Virus record (IMG/VR): IMGVR_UViG_3300044591_002613
Reading direction: 5' to 3' (one strand)
Source: a virus
DNA length: 64,000 bases
In this document: in pieces, positions 50,301-59,335 of the stretch
How positions within the stretch are numbered: the stretch's first letter is position 1
How the letters are laid out: each line of letters starts with the position of its first letter
The notes under the pieces: model-generated
Database searches by the model: none
What the model saw: the letters and a program-made list of their open reading frames with translations, nothing else
Told to the model about the DNA's origin: nothing
Program-made: the position numbers and the translations under genes

Positions 50301-51354
50301 GGATGATTTAATTTCATTTTCAGATGCATTTGCAGTTGCAAATCGCGGTCGATTCAAAATAATTGCCCACAACGGTAAAAATGCTTTCATTATCAAAAAC
50401 GATGAAGCGGTTGAAGAAATTCTTTCTTTCAAAGAAGATGTTATTAATTCTGATAACACAATCGGAAATGTTAATTGGCAAGTTGGCCCAATCGGTGACG
50501 CAGATACAATAAATGCACAAGATAAACGCCATGTAAGAATATGGGATGCTGATTCTGTGTTTGAAAACGATTATTTGATTGTCAAAACTCCAAACGTAGG
50601 AACAACATCTTGGTTTGATACATCTTTAATTGGAAAATGGCCAATTACTAGAATTGGTATGAATAATGAATTTGATATTTTTGTTGAGGCAGACATTGTT
50701 AATGCAACAAGTGCTTCTAAACAAGTTGTTTTAGCAAACTCAAAAAATGCAATATCTTTTGAAGAAGCCACCCCTTATAAGGGTTATAGATGGGTTTCGG
50801 GTTATGCACACCACAACACCATTCAAACAGATGCAGAATTATATTTAATGCCTCAGGTTTTGGCATATAAATTAAGTCCAGCCTTTAACACACAAGTTAA
50901 ATGTTTGCATAAACTTAATTTTGATTCTTCAACAACCGTCGGTGTTGATGCATACAACTATTATTCTGAATTGATTGCAGAAGCCCACAAAGTGCTTGAT
51001 GGTTTGCCTTCTAATACAATTGCATACCCAGGTGTTAGAGCTGCTGGCACTTCGATTGAAGTCTTAGCACCGCTAATTAAGAGCATTCAAATTGGTATTT
51101 CTGTAGAATCCAGCGATGGTATTTCTTTGAATACAATTAAAAATCCAATTAAATCTTCAATTACAACGTATATCAACTCACTAGGTGTTGGTAAAGAAGT
51201 TGTAATTAGCCAAGTTGTAAAGCATATTCAAGAAGTGCCTGGTGTTAAAAGCGTTCAAATTACATACACTCTGCCATTAGCAAATGAGGGTGTTATTAAA
51301 GTTGGAAGTTTTGAAGTACCACGTATTTCTAAACCAGAGGATATCTTGCTGTGA
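44383..51354 (+). CDS. Giant baseplate J (gp6-like) wedge protein with a very large insertion
   Basis: N-terminal DVSEGSITSTILEAAA, G.ELD, GETGNVSVGAI and EGDEALRLR...SLSRGT. C-terminal YPGVRAAG...YINSLGVG..V...VPGV. Confidence 0.85.
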   Translation: MAITVKSVQSILADMIRKLTANTDITDVSEGSITSTILEAAALQDYQNQIGVLKVLESSNLQTLVGSELDEKAIEAQTPNGVGGFGRFPAKRANGQVRISSPFTKKSTQVYIGKPTPYAGSIKVYLQDCTGWPSAGAFYLGRGSANEEGPIQYTSIENNNTFWTLNLNISTPLVNNHAYGETAILSQGGTRQISAGTVVVAPGSSGNVPVQYTVDGTFTLPDGEDTITVSVTCSSFGETGNVSVGAIKQFLTPPFTGAIVSNPSTITNGASAEGDEALRLRIANYIASLSRGTKQSISSSLQGLRDPVSGKTITSLNIVEPTNRIDSTKIYIDDGSGLEPSYRGQDFEQLLVNSSGQEIFLKTSNKPITPCIAVGVEPAPYALQDGMYLDIIIDGVPTRFEINQSEYTNLSSVSPSEIVRAFNSVILSGSSALGFRTANDGITFSVFDISGRAETLQILPSELQAILGLPTHEIRPIYVYKNNKLLSFKGLSAVVYSADFPWLSLTDLDLQNVRMTVDGVTQTFTIDNNDLLALGRTIASAQLSDWITVFKKKVAGVNVYQVGSKLAFASWQSLSPTGSIKIEPTTSTSAPATWIGVNKIFKSSDVLESVGATPDFEINRISGEIKLLNEPQLNDNVTVSSKFTRAEIQSKPAPSGLFSAGNTNLGTPRIIVGVDGEFELRTLGLTGASSLTPEILSPNSTVVRLHSSDTALYSSIQLGDYIYLNSDSSVANRLPGRTNSVMKVLKKGLCTRTVDQNFNLVPMEYSTTDINGDVTFTITTTEDHKFVVGQSFEITAASLAVGTSFLSSEIIGIHTVSAVDSSTVFKFKKQIAGVTSVFAPNTINFSVSKDTFIDIETSKIEREAFFGIFSSTQIESTLGTPTVKVILPNHGFLQLDSFQITGASALTQSIFPGLVFPVTAVVKASPAPTTDTFYIDLPVSAIASSVSGETTIDGLSPLTPASFDLTSGMLSAFKIDNAVPQIINIPVSDYQTADVLVSEINKQLIGATAYKLSPRQIAIRSNNFDQNKSTIAVLASISSATNIFSQMIADSIQPHIAAKKSGFIASGAPYITNTGDPTLPKDFYNTRGYLGFSITETEVLNDAANPAIVASANVIDYPKGLQEAFITGRNENIISRIYNNDSTSPFGGFARGEDTIPPLPQTIYGSNETESNLSLRLNDIPLTPVDRLVVQMDLDSTNKTTNIPMYKKALTEVVEPFGAGPGNQLIFTLKDPEDRLITNEPRPFFEPNSPFRSFDFTDFNILFKPTIIHTVYPSLPFGGNPSDALVIRSTQYGPVHDFRFNFSLPLQPNLSQIQFTHESFQEEDRTVLVINCTLCSGAAVLGTQYTGSYTITPSDYTSPTGAEIVKLTISALSINLSGAFLIGDILNIGGSQLYSGSFLIIETPDPDTIVVSAPGIRQTVYTPVSYISDYAPIQSFTLLQKTIQDVITKAGQYYTNNPVFTVEATPTTNTSSPIKFPTYHTHGNTVARTNLTTLTESNYYHSARAPFGCVAHIHTYSPIDNEIVALVQSDDSVLPESSKILNTGFSSVYSDQECVLIPASAKALEKWLKFTAISPLNIQAEISRVTDEKNIQLNSLNLGAAGAVKITGVTANTVTAKAKNAASKQGTSVKVRTDFPLAQSFARGSFVEVYNSITAPIYRAYRTQPSALPVDSKITATNSPDIETWFKISTVVSYTRPSPNKGRFVFRKSLSGIIGDETVQITKPTSSIAKIAITAGTGTFNTKVGDMLILRGSKNVSSPYPINYTSLFGASNQCVTPAEDLTDQYIGYPVVHIEDEKIIYVIGPNIVPETVSARKTTDSNTMSAIYQNTGSFTGSVKIGPLVNISNFYVGDTVTISGFLNDSNNTRSRIIGKDASNIYVTTARLNSTNDETNRDGIGVIRETTEFMFVPMLKNEKNIKTNYKAGAPKDLSSWKLSSNESVYYRIKPLGNGFVYVDFAFDSHDDMQLHDLSVSSDDLISFSDAFAVANRGRFKIIAHNGKNAFIIKNDEAVEEILSFKEDVINSDNTIGNVNWQVGPIGDADTINAQDKRHVRIWDADSVFENDYLIVKTPNVGTTSWFDTSLIGKWPITRIGMNNEFDIFVEADIVNATSASKQVVLANSKNAISFEEATPYKGYRWVSGYAHHNTIQTDAELYLMPQVLAYKLSPAFNTQVKCLHKLNFDSSTTVGVDAYNYYSELIAEAHKVLDGLPSNTIAYPGVRAAGTSIEVLAPLIKSIQIGISVESSDGISLNTIKNPIKSSITTYINSLGVGKEVVISQVVKHIQEVPGVKSVQITYTLPLANEGVIKVGSFEVPRISKPEDILL

Positions 51355-54300
51355 GTTCTCTTTTTGATTTTTTGCCAGATTCTTTTCTTAAAGAAGAGCA
51401 AATAGTTCTAAAAGGCTTACTAGAAGCTATTGCTACTGGTGATACTTTTGTTATTGAATTATTATCTCAAGCTAGAAGGCAGTTATTTTTAACCACTGCC
51501 GAAGGCGGATTTTTAACTAATCTAGCCAATAGATATAATTTTTCCGTACCACCTAATTCAGGTTTAGACCAAAACTCTTTTCGGCAATTAGCACTTCCAG
51601 CTATCTTTGCACCTAAACAATCAATTCCTACATTTAATAAAATAATTGAAGTATTTTATGGCACAGCAGTTCTTCATCCGGTTGTATCAAGTACAGTATC
51701 TGAGCCGTTTAGTCTTCAAGATCGCGATACATTAATAATTGAAACTGAATCTGGTATTTTCAGTGTTTTATTTTTAGCAGAGCGTTTTCCCGATATAACA
51801 AATCTTTCGGCATCTCAAATTGCTAGTACAATAAATGCTCAAGTTCCAGAGCTATATGCGGATATTGTCACTGATAAAAATACTCGCCGCAGTAGTGTGC
51901 GTGTTGTAAGTAAAGAGTTTGGAATTGCCGCAAAGATCAGAGTAGTCGGTGGCGCAGTACAGAATAAACTCAAGTTTCAGGGTTATAAAGATTCTTGTAA
52001 TTTAGCCGGAACTGAATGGAATATATCCCATTTTTCTGATGCCATATATTCTAAGACAATTAGGTTTACTTGGGTTGGTGGGCCAAATCCTAATCTAGCA
52101 ACAGTTAATGTTGGTGATTTTATATCCATCTATAACTTGCAAGACACTTCAACAGTTTTGTTTTCAAAACTAAACGGAACGTTTGAAATTGTAGACTGCG
52201 GTTATGATTATTTTGAAATAAACTCTTTCGAGTTTCCTTATACTAATATTCTTTGGACGCAAGAATCGAGTAATAATTTTGCGATTACTAGCCAAGATTT
52301 TAAAACAATATTTACTAACGATCAGTATGCATATATCACTGAAGCTACTGCCGGCACAGTAGATATTAGTATTCCGGTAATTCCACCAATTATCAGAAAA
52401 AACCAAGAAGGTGTTTCTCGATTTAGAAACCAATCAATTCAATTACTTGACATTGAATCAAATAAACTTATTATTCCATATCCAAACTCATTGCCAGAAT
52501 CTGGAGTAATTGCATTTGAGTCGGCAAAATTTTTGAACGGATTCATTGAAAAATATTATTATTATACAAACAAAGAACAACCATCAGGAAGTACGCAGGC
52601 GTTATCTATAGATAGTTCTATACAAAACAGTACTCCCTTTTTGTCCCCAGTTGAATGTCAAATTGCATTCGAAGCTTTAGAAATGACTAACCCAATCGGC
52701 GGATTAGTAGATAATTCTGAGTTATTTATACATACGCCCGAATTGCGACACAATTTAGAAAATATTGAAGAAGTTGTTTTTCAAGATGTAAACCTTGATC
52801 AACCAGTTTTTAAACATAAAACTATAAAAAATATTAGAATTGCACCAAATGCAGACGAAGTTTCATTTGAAAATGGTATGGAAACGCAACTTCTTTATGT
52901 GCAATTTGCAGATGAAACTACCAATGAAAAATATTACTTTAACTATGAACCAGATCCCGAAGACGCAGATAATAGTACTATTTTAAAATGCATTCCAATG
53001 CCTGATGAAAGATTCGTCCGAGCAATTATGTGCTCTATGAATCCAGCAGTCACGCCCGGTGAAGTCACATTATCAATTGGGCCCAACTCATTTCCTAATA
53101 TAGACACACAGACTACTTATACACATAATTTCAACACGCCATATACATCTTTTATGATGTCAGATGCAGATACTAACTCTAATCTCCATGGCGTTAGAAT
53201 TGTTGATAATGTTAATAATGTGAAATTTATTTCTGCGCCACATCAATCTTTAACAAACGTTAATACATATGTTTTGGATTATCAAAATGTATTTCCAAAT
53301 TTCACAAGAGCCGTTGCAATAAACGTTCTTTTACCAGCTTCTCCCGCTGGTGAAAATAGTATTACCGTTATTCACAACTTATTCTCAACAAACCTTATCA
53401 CTGAGATTAGAATTAGACCAACTCCAGCAAACACCATGGGCCTTTTGCCTAATTCTATATTTGAGGGTCCACGCATATTTTTCACAGATATTGGTGGAAT
53501 TCAAAGCGATACTCAATTTCAATTGAAATATATGAACACCGTCGAAGATTTACGTGTAGACATTTTTTTAATGGCTAGTTACTTCAACCCGGTTGAATCT
53601 GTTAACGGAAAACTTTTAAGGTCAGATATTGATAAAGCTCATAAAATTAAACGAATTGTTAATCAGGAAAGATTTATTTTTGAAATTCTAGGAACTGGAC
53701 CCGCACCATATGGTTCTGGAACCATTACAACTATTGGTAAAAACGTGACGGGGGTTGGCACTCAATTTCTAACACAAGTTCAACCCGGAGATTTATTAGT
53801 CCTGGCAACAGGTCAGAATCGCGAAGTGGCCTCGATTATTTCTAATACAAAACTCCGTCTTAGAAGTGGTTTTTATCCAAGTATTTCCACGCCAACAATT
53901 TATAAAGTGGCATCCCCCTCAGCAAACGATGCACCTCTTGGCGCTCCCATCAAATATGATGGCGCATGGATTTACGGATTTAATGTAATATTTAGGCCCG
54001 ATTCAACGCGTAGAACTGATATTGCCTTTGAGTTTCCGGATCGAATTTCTCGCGGATATGCTAATTTCCAAGAAGGCTCAATTGTTAAGTTATTAGATTT
54101 TGGTTTTATACCAACATCTCGGTATGGCATTGCCACATATTTGAAAACAATTTATCTACAGGTTCACAGCCAGGAAGGTAAATATGTTTATTTTAGGTCT
54201 AATATTGGTATTCCATTAGATTATAATCCTCTTGATCCAAACACTTGGCTCATTATTCGTGATGGTAAATGCAAGCGATCTGGAGAATTTGGCGGAACAG

Positions 54301-54899
54301 AATTTAAATATTATATGCAAAAACCTCTTTCCGAATGGAACAGAGAAACATTTTTCAAAAATGCAAAACTGTATTTAGTTTCTGCAAATGTTCCTGAAAA
54401 CGAATATATTGTAGGATCATATTTGTATGATCCAGTCGGCACATATTCTCCCTATGTCATTTCAGATAAATTTTGTCGACTTGAACAACCTATTGTGGCG
54501 TTTGAATCCCCTGGAATTGTTCTTATTGACGGAATAGACAGCCTCCCTTCTTCGGGTTTCGTAATGATTAATTACGGAAACTCACGGCAAGAAGGCCCTA
54601 TAAAATATGATCTAGTTATTGATGGAAACCCGGCTCAATTAAAAATTGACCCCGCCTATGTTTTCAAACAATCACATGAAAATAATTCAGTTGTTCGCGT
54701 AATTAGTCAAACATCACCGCCCACTATTGGAATTGCAGGAAAAGAATATCCTGTGTATATTACAGGTGCAACTCAAGTGCGTGTGACTCTTCAAAAGACT
54801 CTAGAGCAGCTTGTAAGTGTTGGAGTAAAATTAAATATACAGGTCCAATTGCCAGATCTAAAATATGATGATCCAGGAATTGCGCCGTTTCAAGCATAG
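51351..54899 (+). CDS. Baseplate wedge protein (gpI/gp7-like) with accessory domains
   Basis: ARRQLFLTTAEGGFLTNLA...FR near the N-terminus and LEQLVSVGVK at the C-terminus. Follows baseplate J; contains a VTGVGTQF module. Confidence 0.7.
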   Translation: MSSLFDFLPDSFLKEEQIVLKGLLEAIATGDTFVIELLSQARRQLFLTTAEGGFLTNLANRYNFSVPPNSGLDQNSFRQLALPAIFAPKQSIPTFNKIIEVFYGTAVLHPVVSSTVSEPFSLQDRDTLIIETESGIFSVLFLAERFPDITNLSASQIASTINAQVPELYADIVTDKNTRRSSVRVVSKEFGIAAKIRVVGGAVQNKLKFQGYKDSCNLAGTEWNISHFSDAIYSKTIRFTWVGGPNPNLATVNVGDFISIYNLQDTSTVLFSKLNGTFEIVDCGYDYFEINSFEFPYTNILWTQESSNNFAITSQDFKTIFTNDQYAYITEATAGTVDISIPVIPPIIRKNQEGVSRFRNQSIQLLDIESNKLIIPYPNSLPESGVIAFESAKFLNGFIEKYYYYTNKEQPSGSTQALSIDSSIQNSTPFLSPVECQIAFEALEMTNPIGGLVDNSELFIHTPELRHNLENIEEVVFQDVNLDQPVFKHKTIKNIRIAPNADEVSFENGMETQLLYVQFADETTNEKYYFNYEPDPEDADNSTILKCIPMPDERFVRAIMCSMNPAVTPGEVTLSIGPNSFPNIDTQTTYTHNFNTPYTSFMMSDADTNSNLHGVRIVDNVNNVKFISAPHQSLTNVNTYVLDYQNVFPNFTRAVAINVLLPASPAGENSITVIHNLFSTNLITEIRIRPTPANTMGLLPNSIFEGPRIFFTDIGGIQSDTQFQLKYMNTVEDLRVDIFLMASYFNPVESVNGKLLRSDIDKAHKIKRIVNQERFIFEILGTGPAPYGSGTITTIGKNVTGVGTQFLTQVQPGDLLVLATGQNREVASIISNTKLRLRSGFYPSISTPTIYKVASPSANDAPLGAPIKYDGAWIYGFNVIFRPDSTRRTDIAFEFPDRISRGYANFQEGSIVKLLDFGFIPTSRYGIATYLKTIYLQVHSQEGKYVYFRSNIGIPLDYNPLDPNTWLIIRDGKCKRSGEFGGTEFKYYMQKPLSEWNRETFFKNAKLYLVSANVPENEYIVGSYLYDPVGTYSPYVISDKFCRLEQPIVAFESPGIVLIDGIDSLPSSGFVMINYGNSRQEGPIKYDLVIDGNPAQLKIDPAYVFKQSHENNSVVRVISQTSPPTIGIAGKEYPVYITGATQVRVTLQKTLEQLVSVGVKLNIQVQLPDLKYDDPGIAPFQA

Positions 54900-54909
54900 G
54901 TGATAAATA

Positions 54910-57192
54910 ATGGCAATTTTGAGTAGAGTAAATTATCTTTCTCAACAAAGATTAGATTTGCAACATGTTATTGCCACAGATTCATTTAACGCGTTTGATT
55001 TACGTGCATTTTCGTATATCTTAAATGGTCTTGAAAAAAACTACGTTGTTCGTGGGCTAGAAATCACAGCTTTGAACGGCTTTACTGTAACCGTAAAAGT
55101 TGCTAATTCTATTATACTTTTTCCTTTGGATAATGAAGCCTCTTTTTATTATGGCCTTGCCGATGCGTCTGACGAAATTATTAATGTTCCGCCCAGTACA
55201 GAAAAGGTTTTCTTGGAGGCATTTCTAGAAAGGGTTACAGAAACACCCGTAACTGCTGCGTTTTTTGACCCCAGCAACACAAACGATCAAAACCCAGCCG
55301 GTCAAGAATTTAATGCATCGGTTGATTTTCAGTCTATTGTAAAGTTGCAACTGAGATATAATACTGAAGGTTTTTCAGTAGATGCAATCCCTCTTGCAGT
55401 TTTAAGAACTGGCAGTGCTGGTGTTATTGATATTTCAGATGCCCGAGATTTGTTTTTTAGATTGGGTTCTGGTGGAGCGCTCCCAAGTCCATATAAAAAA
55501 TATGCATGGTCTACCAGTCGAGTAGAAAATGCACTTCCGGCTCAATCGATTTATTTGAATCAATTTACGCCACAAAACCCATATTATACGCAAGACGCAA
55601 ATGGTATTATTAACGACAAGGCTCTAACTAATCTTAAAGATTGGATGGATGCTACGATGACTATTATTGCAGAAATGAAAGGTTCTGCGAGTTGGTATAC
55701 ACCGATTGCTGGAAAAACAATTCCAAACCTTTTGTTCTTAAACCCTAACGCCACATCTTTTGTGCCATCAATCGATGGCCGTACTTTATCATGGACGGGA
55801 ACTCAACTAAAAAGCAGTTCTTTAAGCGGTTCATCAAACCCTCTTAGTCTCGCTATGAACTACGGCCCAGTAAAATGGGAAGTCGGTGGTGCGTTTGTAA
55901 ATGCTTTTACAAACCGCGCATTCACTAATACAGATTTTACTGCATCTATTCCAGATAATGCTGCATTCTTTTTAAAGCTAGAACGTGAAAAAATTCCAGT
56001 AGATTCTAGCGGAAACAGTGTTAAGTGGGGCGTAGAAACTCTTCTTATTCCCACACCCCCGCTCCAAGAGTATACTGTCTCTGGCCAAGAAGGTGATTTT
56101 ACTGGCGTGGCTATTGGTGATTATATTCGCAAGCTTGGTGAAGATTATTATCAATATAACCGAGTTGTTGGTTTGGTTGAAGGGGGAATCGTTTACAGCA
56201 CTACCGGTCGTGTAGCCACAGCAATCACGACTGCGCTAATTGTAGAATACCCGATTGACACACCAACGACCGAACCGTTTAGGTGGTTTAAGTCTAGATA
56301 CCAGCTGTCTGACTTGTTTGTTACGTCAGACGCTCAGGGTTTAAAAGTACAAAGTGTAGATGTTTCTCCACTTATTCTTCCGGTTGATGATATTAACTTG
56401 TATTTCCTTGGTCGCCGCAAAGGCGATCTATTTCAATTGCGCAATTATGGCGTAATGCAACCAGGGGAAGAAGTTCCGTTAATGGAAGATGCTGATTCTT
56501 CTCCCATCCGTAGTATTCCTAATTTATTCCTTAAATTAGATTACGGCATTCAAATAGATGGAACTGGAGCGTTGTCTTCACTGAACACTGACGTTTTGAC
56601 TATTCAAAAACGACGCACGTCTAATTTAGTAGAAGTCGGTTTAAATAATGCGGACGCATGGCAAACATTCAATATTTCTTCAGCAACATTATCATTTGCA
56701 AACGATGGCGATGGGTTGTGGGTTAGATTAGATGATTCAACTACTTCTACTCCAGCTACTCTCACATCTGGTGTAGTAGATTTTTACAAGCCCGGTGCCG
56801 CTGATAATACTTACGAAATTATTCCAGCGTCTAAAAATCCACGCCGAGACCTCCGTAATAAAAACGTTATGTTGATTGCCAGAAGAGCAACAATTAATGG
56901 AGTCGTTAGCCTCCAGTTTTTTGATGGTTCTGTAGTTCAAATCGAAGGACTTGCTTTACAGCGTGATTTAACTAAAATTATTACAGGCGTAACAACTAGC
57001 ACGTCAACAACTACATCTGTGAATCATGGATTTTTAAGAACAACGACTGATTTTATGTGGAATGCGCGAATTGCATCAACGGGACAAAATGTGTGGATTG
57101 GTGGAACACAATCCAACACTGGTGTGACTTTGGACTCAACCCCAGATGCTGCTCAGTCATTAACTATAATGTTTACAAGACATTTAAGGTGA
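54910..57192 (+). CDS. Baseplate / tail-fibre attachment protein
   Basis: N-terminal RVNYLSQQRLDL..., YVVRGLEI. Located after the wedge genes. Confidence 0.55.
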   Translation: MAILSRVNYLSQQRLDLQHVIATDSFNAFDLRAFSYILNGLEKNYVVRGLEITALNGFTVTVKVANSIILFPLDNEASFYYGLADASDEIINVPPSTEKVFLEAFLERVTETPVTAAFFDPSNTNDQNPAGQEFNASVDFQSIVKLQLRYNTEGFSVDAIPLAVLRTGSAGVIDISDARDLFFRLGSGGALPSPYKKYAWSTSRVENALPAQSIYLNQFTPQNPYYTQDANGIINDKALTNLKDWMDATMTIIAEMKGSASWYTPIAGKTIPNLLFLNPNATSFVPSIDGRTLSWTGTQLKSSSLSGSSNPLSLAMNYGPVKWEVGGAFVNAFTNRAFTNTDFTASIPDNAAFFLKLEREKIPVDSSGNSVKWGVETLLIPTPPLQEYTVSGQEGDFTGVAIGDYIRKLGEDYYQYNRVVGLVEGGIVYSTTGRVATAITTALIVEYPIDTPTTEPFRWFKSRYQLSDLFVTSDAQGLKVQSVDVSPLILPVDDINLYFLGRRKGDLFQLRNYGVMQPGEEVPLMEDADSSPIRSIPNLFLKLDYGIQIDGTGALSSLNTDVLTIQKRRTSNLVEVGLNNADAWQTFNISSATLSFANDGDGLWVRLDDSTTSTPATLTSGVVDFYKPGAADNTYEIIPASKNPRRDLRNKNVMLIARRATINGVVSLQFFDGSVVQIEGLALQRDLTKIITGVTTSTSTTTSVNHGFLRTTTDFMWNARIASTGQNVWIGGTQSNTGVTLDSTPDAAQSLTIMFTRHLR

Positions 57193-57196
57193 AAAC

Positions 57197-58744
57197 ATGA
57201 GAATTGTAAGCAGAGTAGGCATAGGGAAAAACCCGACCAGCCATCATTTAGATGTTACTGGTTCATCTAATTTTGATTCACAAGTATTTTTTCAAAGTAC
57301 AGCATTTTTTAATGCCAATATCGAGTTAGGCGATACGACTGCAGATCTAATTTCTATGAATGGTCGTATCGATACAAATGTTGAGCCGTCTACAACTCTT
57401 GCTAGGAATCTAGGTTCTTCTTCATTATTTTGGAATAATTCATATACACAAAATTTAATTATTAAGAATGCAGGTTCTATTGAATCTGATGGCGATATTG
57501 TAAATATCGGAACGGTTTCTGCTTCTACAATCAATATTGGTAAAGTTGGCGCAACTGTTAATTTTTACGGAACTGTAAATAAAATCCAGTCAACCGACAC
57601 CGAAGTTTTTGATAAACTGGTAACTTTAAATAAAAACGGTCTAACCGCTTCTGCATTTGGTTCGGGAATTGAAATTGAAGAAAATGCCTCAATTACTGGA
57701 TATATTAAAACATCTGCAGATCGAAACGCATGGCTCTTAAAATCCCCAAATAAATCAGGGATTATTTCTCTAGAACCCGGATCTTCTGCCTTTACCCATA
57801 AAATTCTTTCTCAGGCTTCTGCAGATAGAACCTGGACGCTACCAGATAACACAGACACATTCGTCGGTACTACAAATGCACAAACCGTTGATAATAAAAC
57901 ATTAAATAATACAACTACTACAGGAGCGTTTGTTGCTAACGGCACTGTAACTACGAATGGAACAGTTACCACTAATGGAGATGTAACAGTTAACGGTTCA
58001 ATAACCATTAACGGAACTGCTATTGGCGTGGGTTTTGTTCCGCTAGGTGCGGTAATTGGTACCGTTCCTGCTCTGACTGGCGCTTATTCTTGCACCGCTA
58101 CAACAGCAGCTGATGCTTTTGGATACGTAAGATGTAATGGCCAAGTTATTGCAGACGTAACGAGCCCATTAAATGGTCGTACTATTCCGAATATTAATAA
58201 TGATGTTTATTTAAAAGGTAATACTACTTCTAATGTGGCAGGAGGCAGTAATAGCCACTCCCACACTGTAAATGGCCATACACACACAATTCCAGGCCAT
58301 TTCCATTGGTGGGGCAGCCATTGGTCTAATGATAACTCAAATGATGTTTATAATGACAATGGCGATGGTGGCGGTAATACATATAACGATTCCTACGGTT
58401 ACGGCACTAGAACAAATGACGCTGGCTGGCATAATCATGGAACTGAAAACGTAGCACCAACGGGTTTCCCTAATGAGTCGGGAGACCGAACCGGTAATTA
58501 TTATTACATTTATGGCGACCGAGACCCCCCTTCATCTCGTGATTTTGGAATTGATGGTAACGGTAACCATTGGCATCATGTTCAAAACCATCGCCACTGG
58601 ATCAAAGCAAGGCCAACCCATCGGGTTAATGCTAATATAGATGGTCGATATGATTTTACTTCGGGAAGTACGGGGCCGGGAACTAACTCTGTTTCTTCTG
58701 AGCCAAAATATATTACCACTTTGTATATTATGAGGGTTAAGTGA
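57197..58744 (+). CDS. Tail fibre with collar domain and His-rich needle tip
   Basis: Collar VPLGAVI...GYVRCNGQ...IPNIN, six HxH motifs and C-terminal PKYITTLYIMRVK. Confidence 0.8.
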   Translation: MRIVSRVGIGKNPTSHHLDVTGSSNFDSQVFFQSTAFFNANIELGDTTADLISMNGRIDTNVEPSTTLARNLGSSSLFWNNSYTQNLIIKNAGSIESDGDIVNIGTVSASTINIGKVGATVNFYGTVNKIQSTDTEVFDKLVTLNKNGLTASAFGSGIEIEENASITGYIKTSADRNAWLLKSPNKSGIISLEPGSSAFTHKILSQASADRTWTLPDNTDTFVGTTNAQTVDNKTLNNTTTTGAFVANGTVTTNGTVTTNGDVTVNGSITINGTAIGVGFVPLGAVIGTVPALTGAYSCTATTAADAFGYVRCNGQVIADVTSPLNGRTIPNINNDVYLKGNTTSNVAGGSNSHSHTVNGHTHTIPGHFHWWGSHWSNDNSNDVYNDNGDGGGNTYNDSYGYGTRTNDAGWHNHGTENVAPTGFPNESGDRTGNYYYIYGDRDPPSSRDFGIDGNGNHWHHVQNHRHWIKARPTHRVNANIDGRYDFTSGSTGPGTNSVSSEPKYITTLYIMRVK

Positions 58745-58977
58745 AATATACATTCAAGTATCGTAAAAATTTTTTTTGGAAAAAATTTATAGCAGTTGGG
58801 CATAAATATGATCCAGATCAAGACAAAATGATTGTATATTTTGAAGATGGTGGTTTTCAAGAAATTTGTGAATGGAAAAAATGTGAGTTAAAGTTAGGAC
58901 AAGACTGGGTTTTATATAGAAAAAAAATTATGGAAAAAGAAGCCGGTGTTGATGTTAAACTTAACATAGGTGGTTGA
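58741..58977 (+). CDS. Small hypothetical protein (possible fibre chaperone)
   Basis: GTGA-type overlap with the fibre stop. Confidence 0.5.
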   Translation: MKYTFKYRKNFFWKKFIAVGHKYDPDQDKMIVYFEDGGFQEICEWKKCELKLGQDWVLYRKKIMEKEAGVDVKLNIGG

Positions 58978-59314
58978 AAAAAGTATGGTGCGGTTAAAAT
59001 TAAAACCAATGGATGCAATGTATGATCGTCACGGCAATGTTGTCGTCGATCCATTGACAGGTTTGCCTCAAATCGTTACAGAAGAAATAGATATTTTAAT
59101 TGACGATGAAGTCGCGGCAAGTACAATTGCCTATATTGAACAAGTGCGAAAATATCGTGTTTCTCTTAACCCCCCTGTGCCTCTAGATGATTCAAAAGCA
59201 AGACTTTTACAGCAACAGCAGGAAGAAGAAAAACAGAATTTAATCAAACTAGAACAAGAGCGAAAAAAACAGCGATCTGTAGAATTTGAGAAAAATAAAC
59301 ATAAAGAAAAATAA
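58970..59314 (+). CDS. Hypothetical protein
   Basis: 114-aa ORF with a C-terminal coiled coil, inside the fibre operon. Confidence 0.5.
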   Translation: MVEKSMVRLKLKPMDAMYDRHGNVVVDPLTGLPQIVTEEIDILIDDEVAASTIAYIEQVRKYRVSLNPPVPLDDSKARLLQQQQEEEKQNLIKLEQERKKQRSVEFEKNKHKEK

Positions 59315-59335
59315 TACTTTTAAAATGGACTAATT

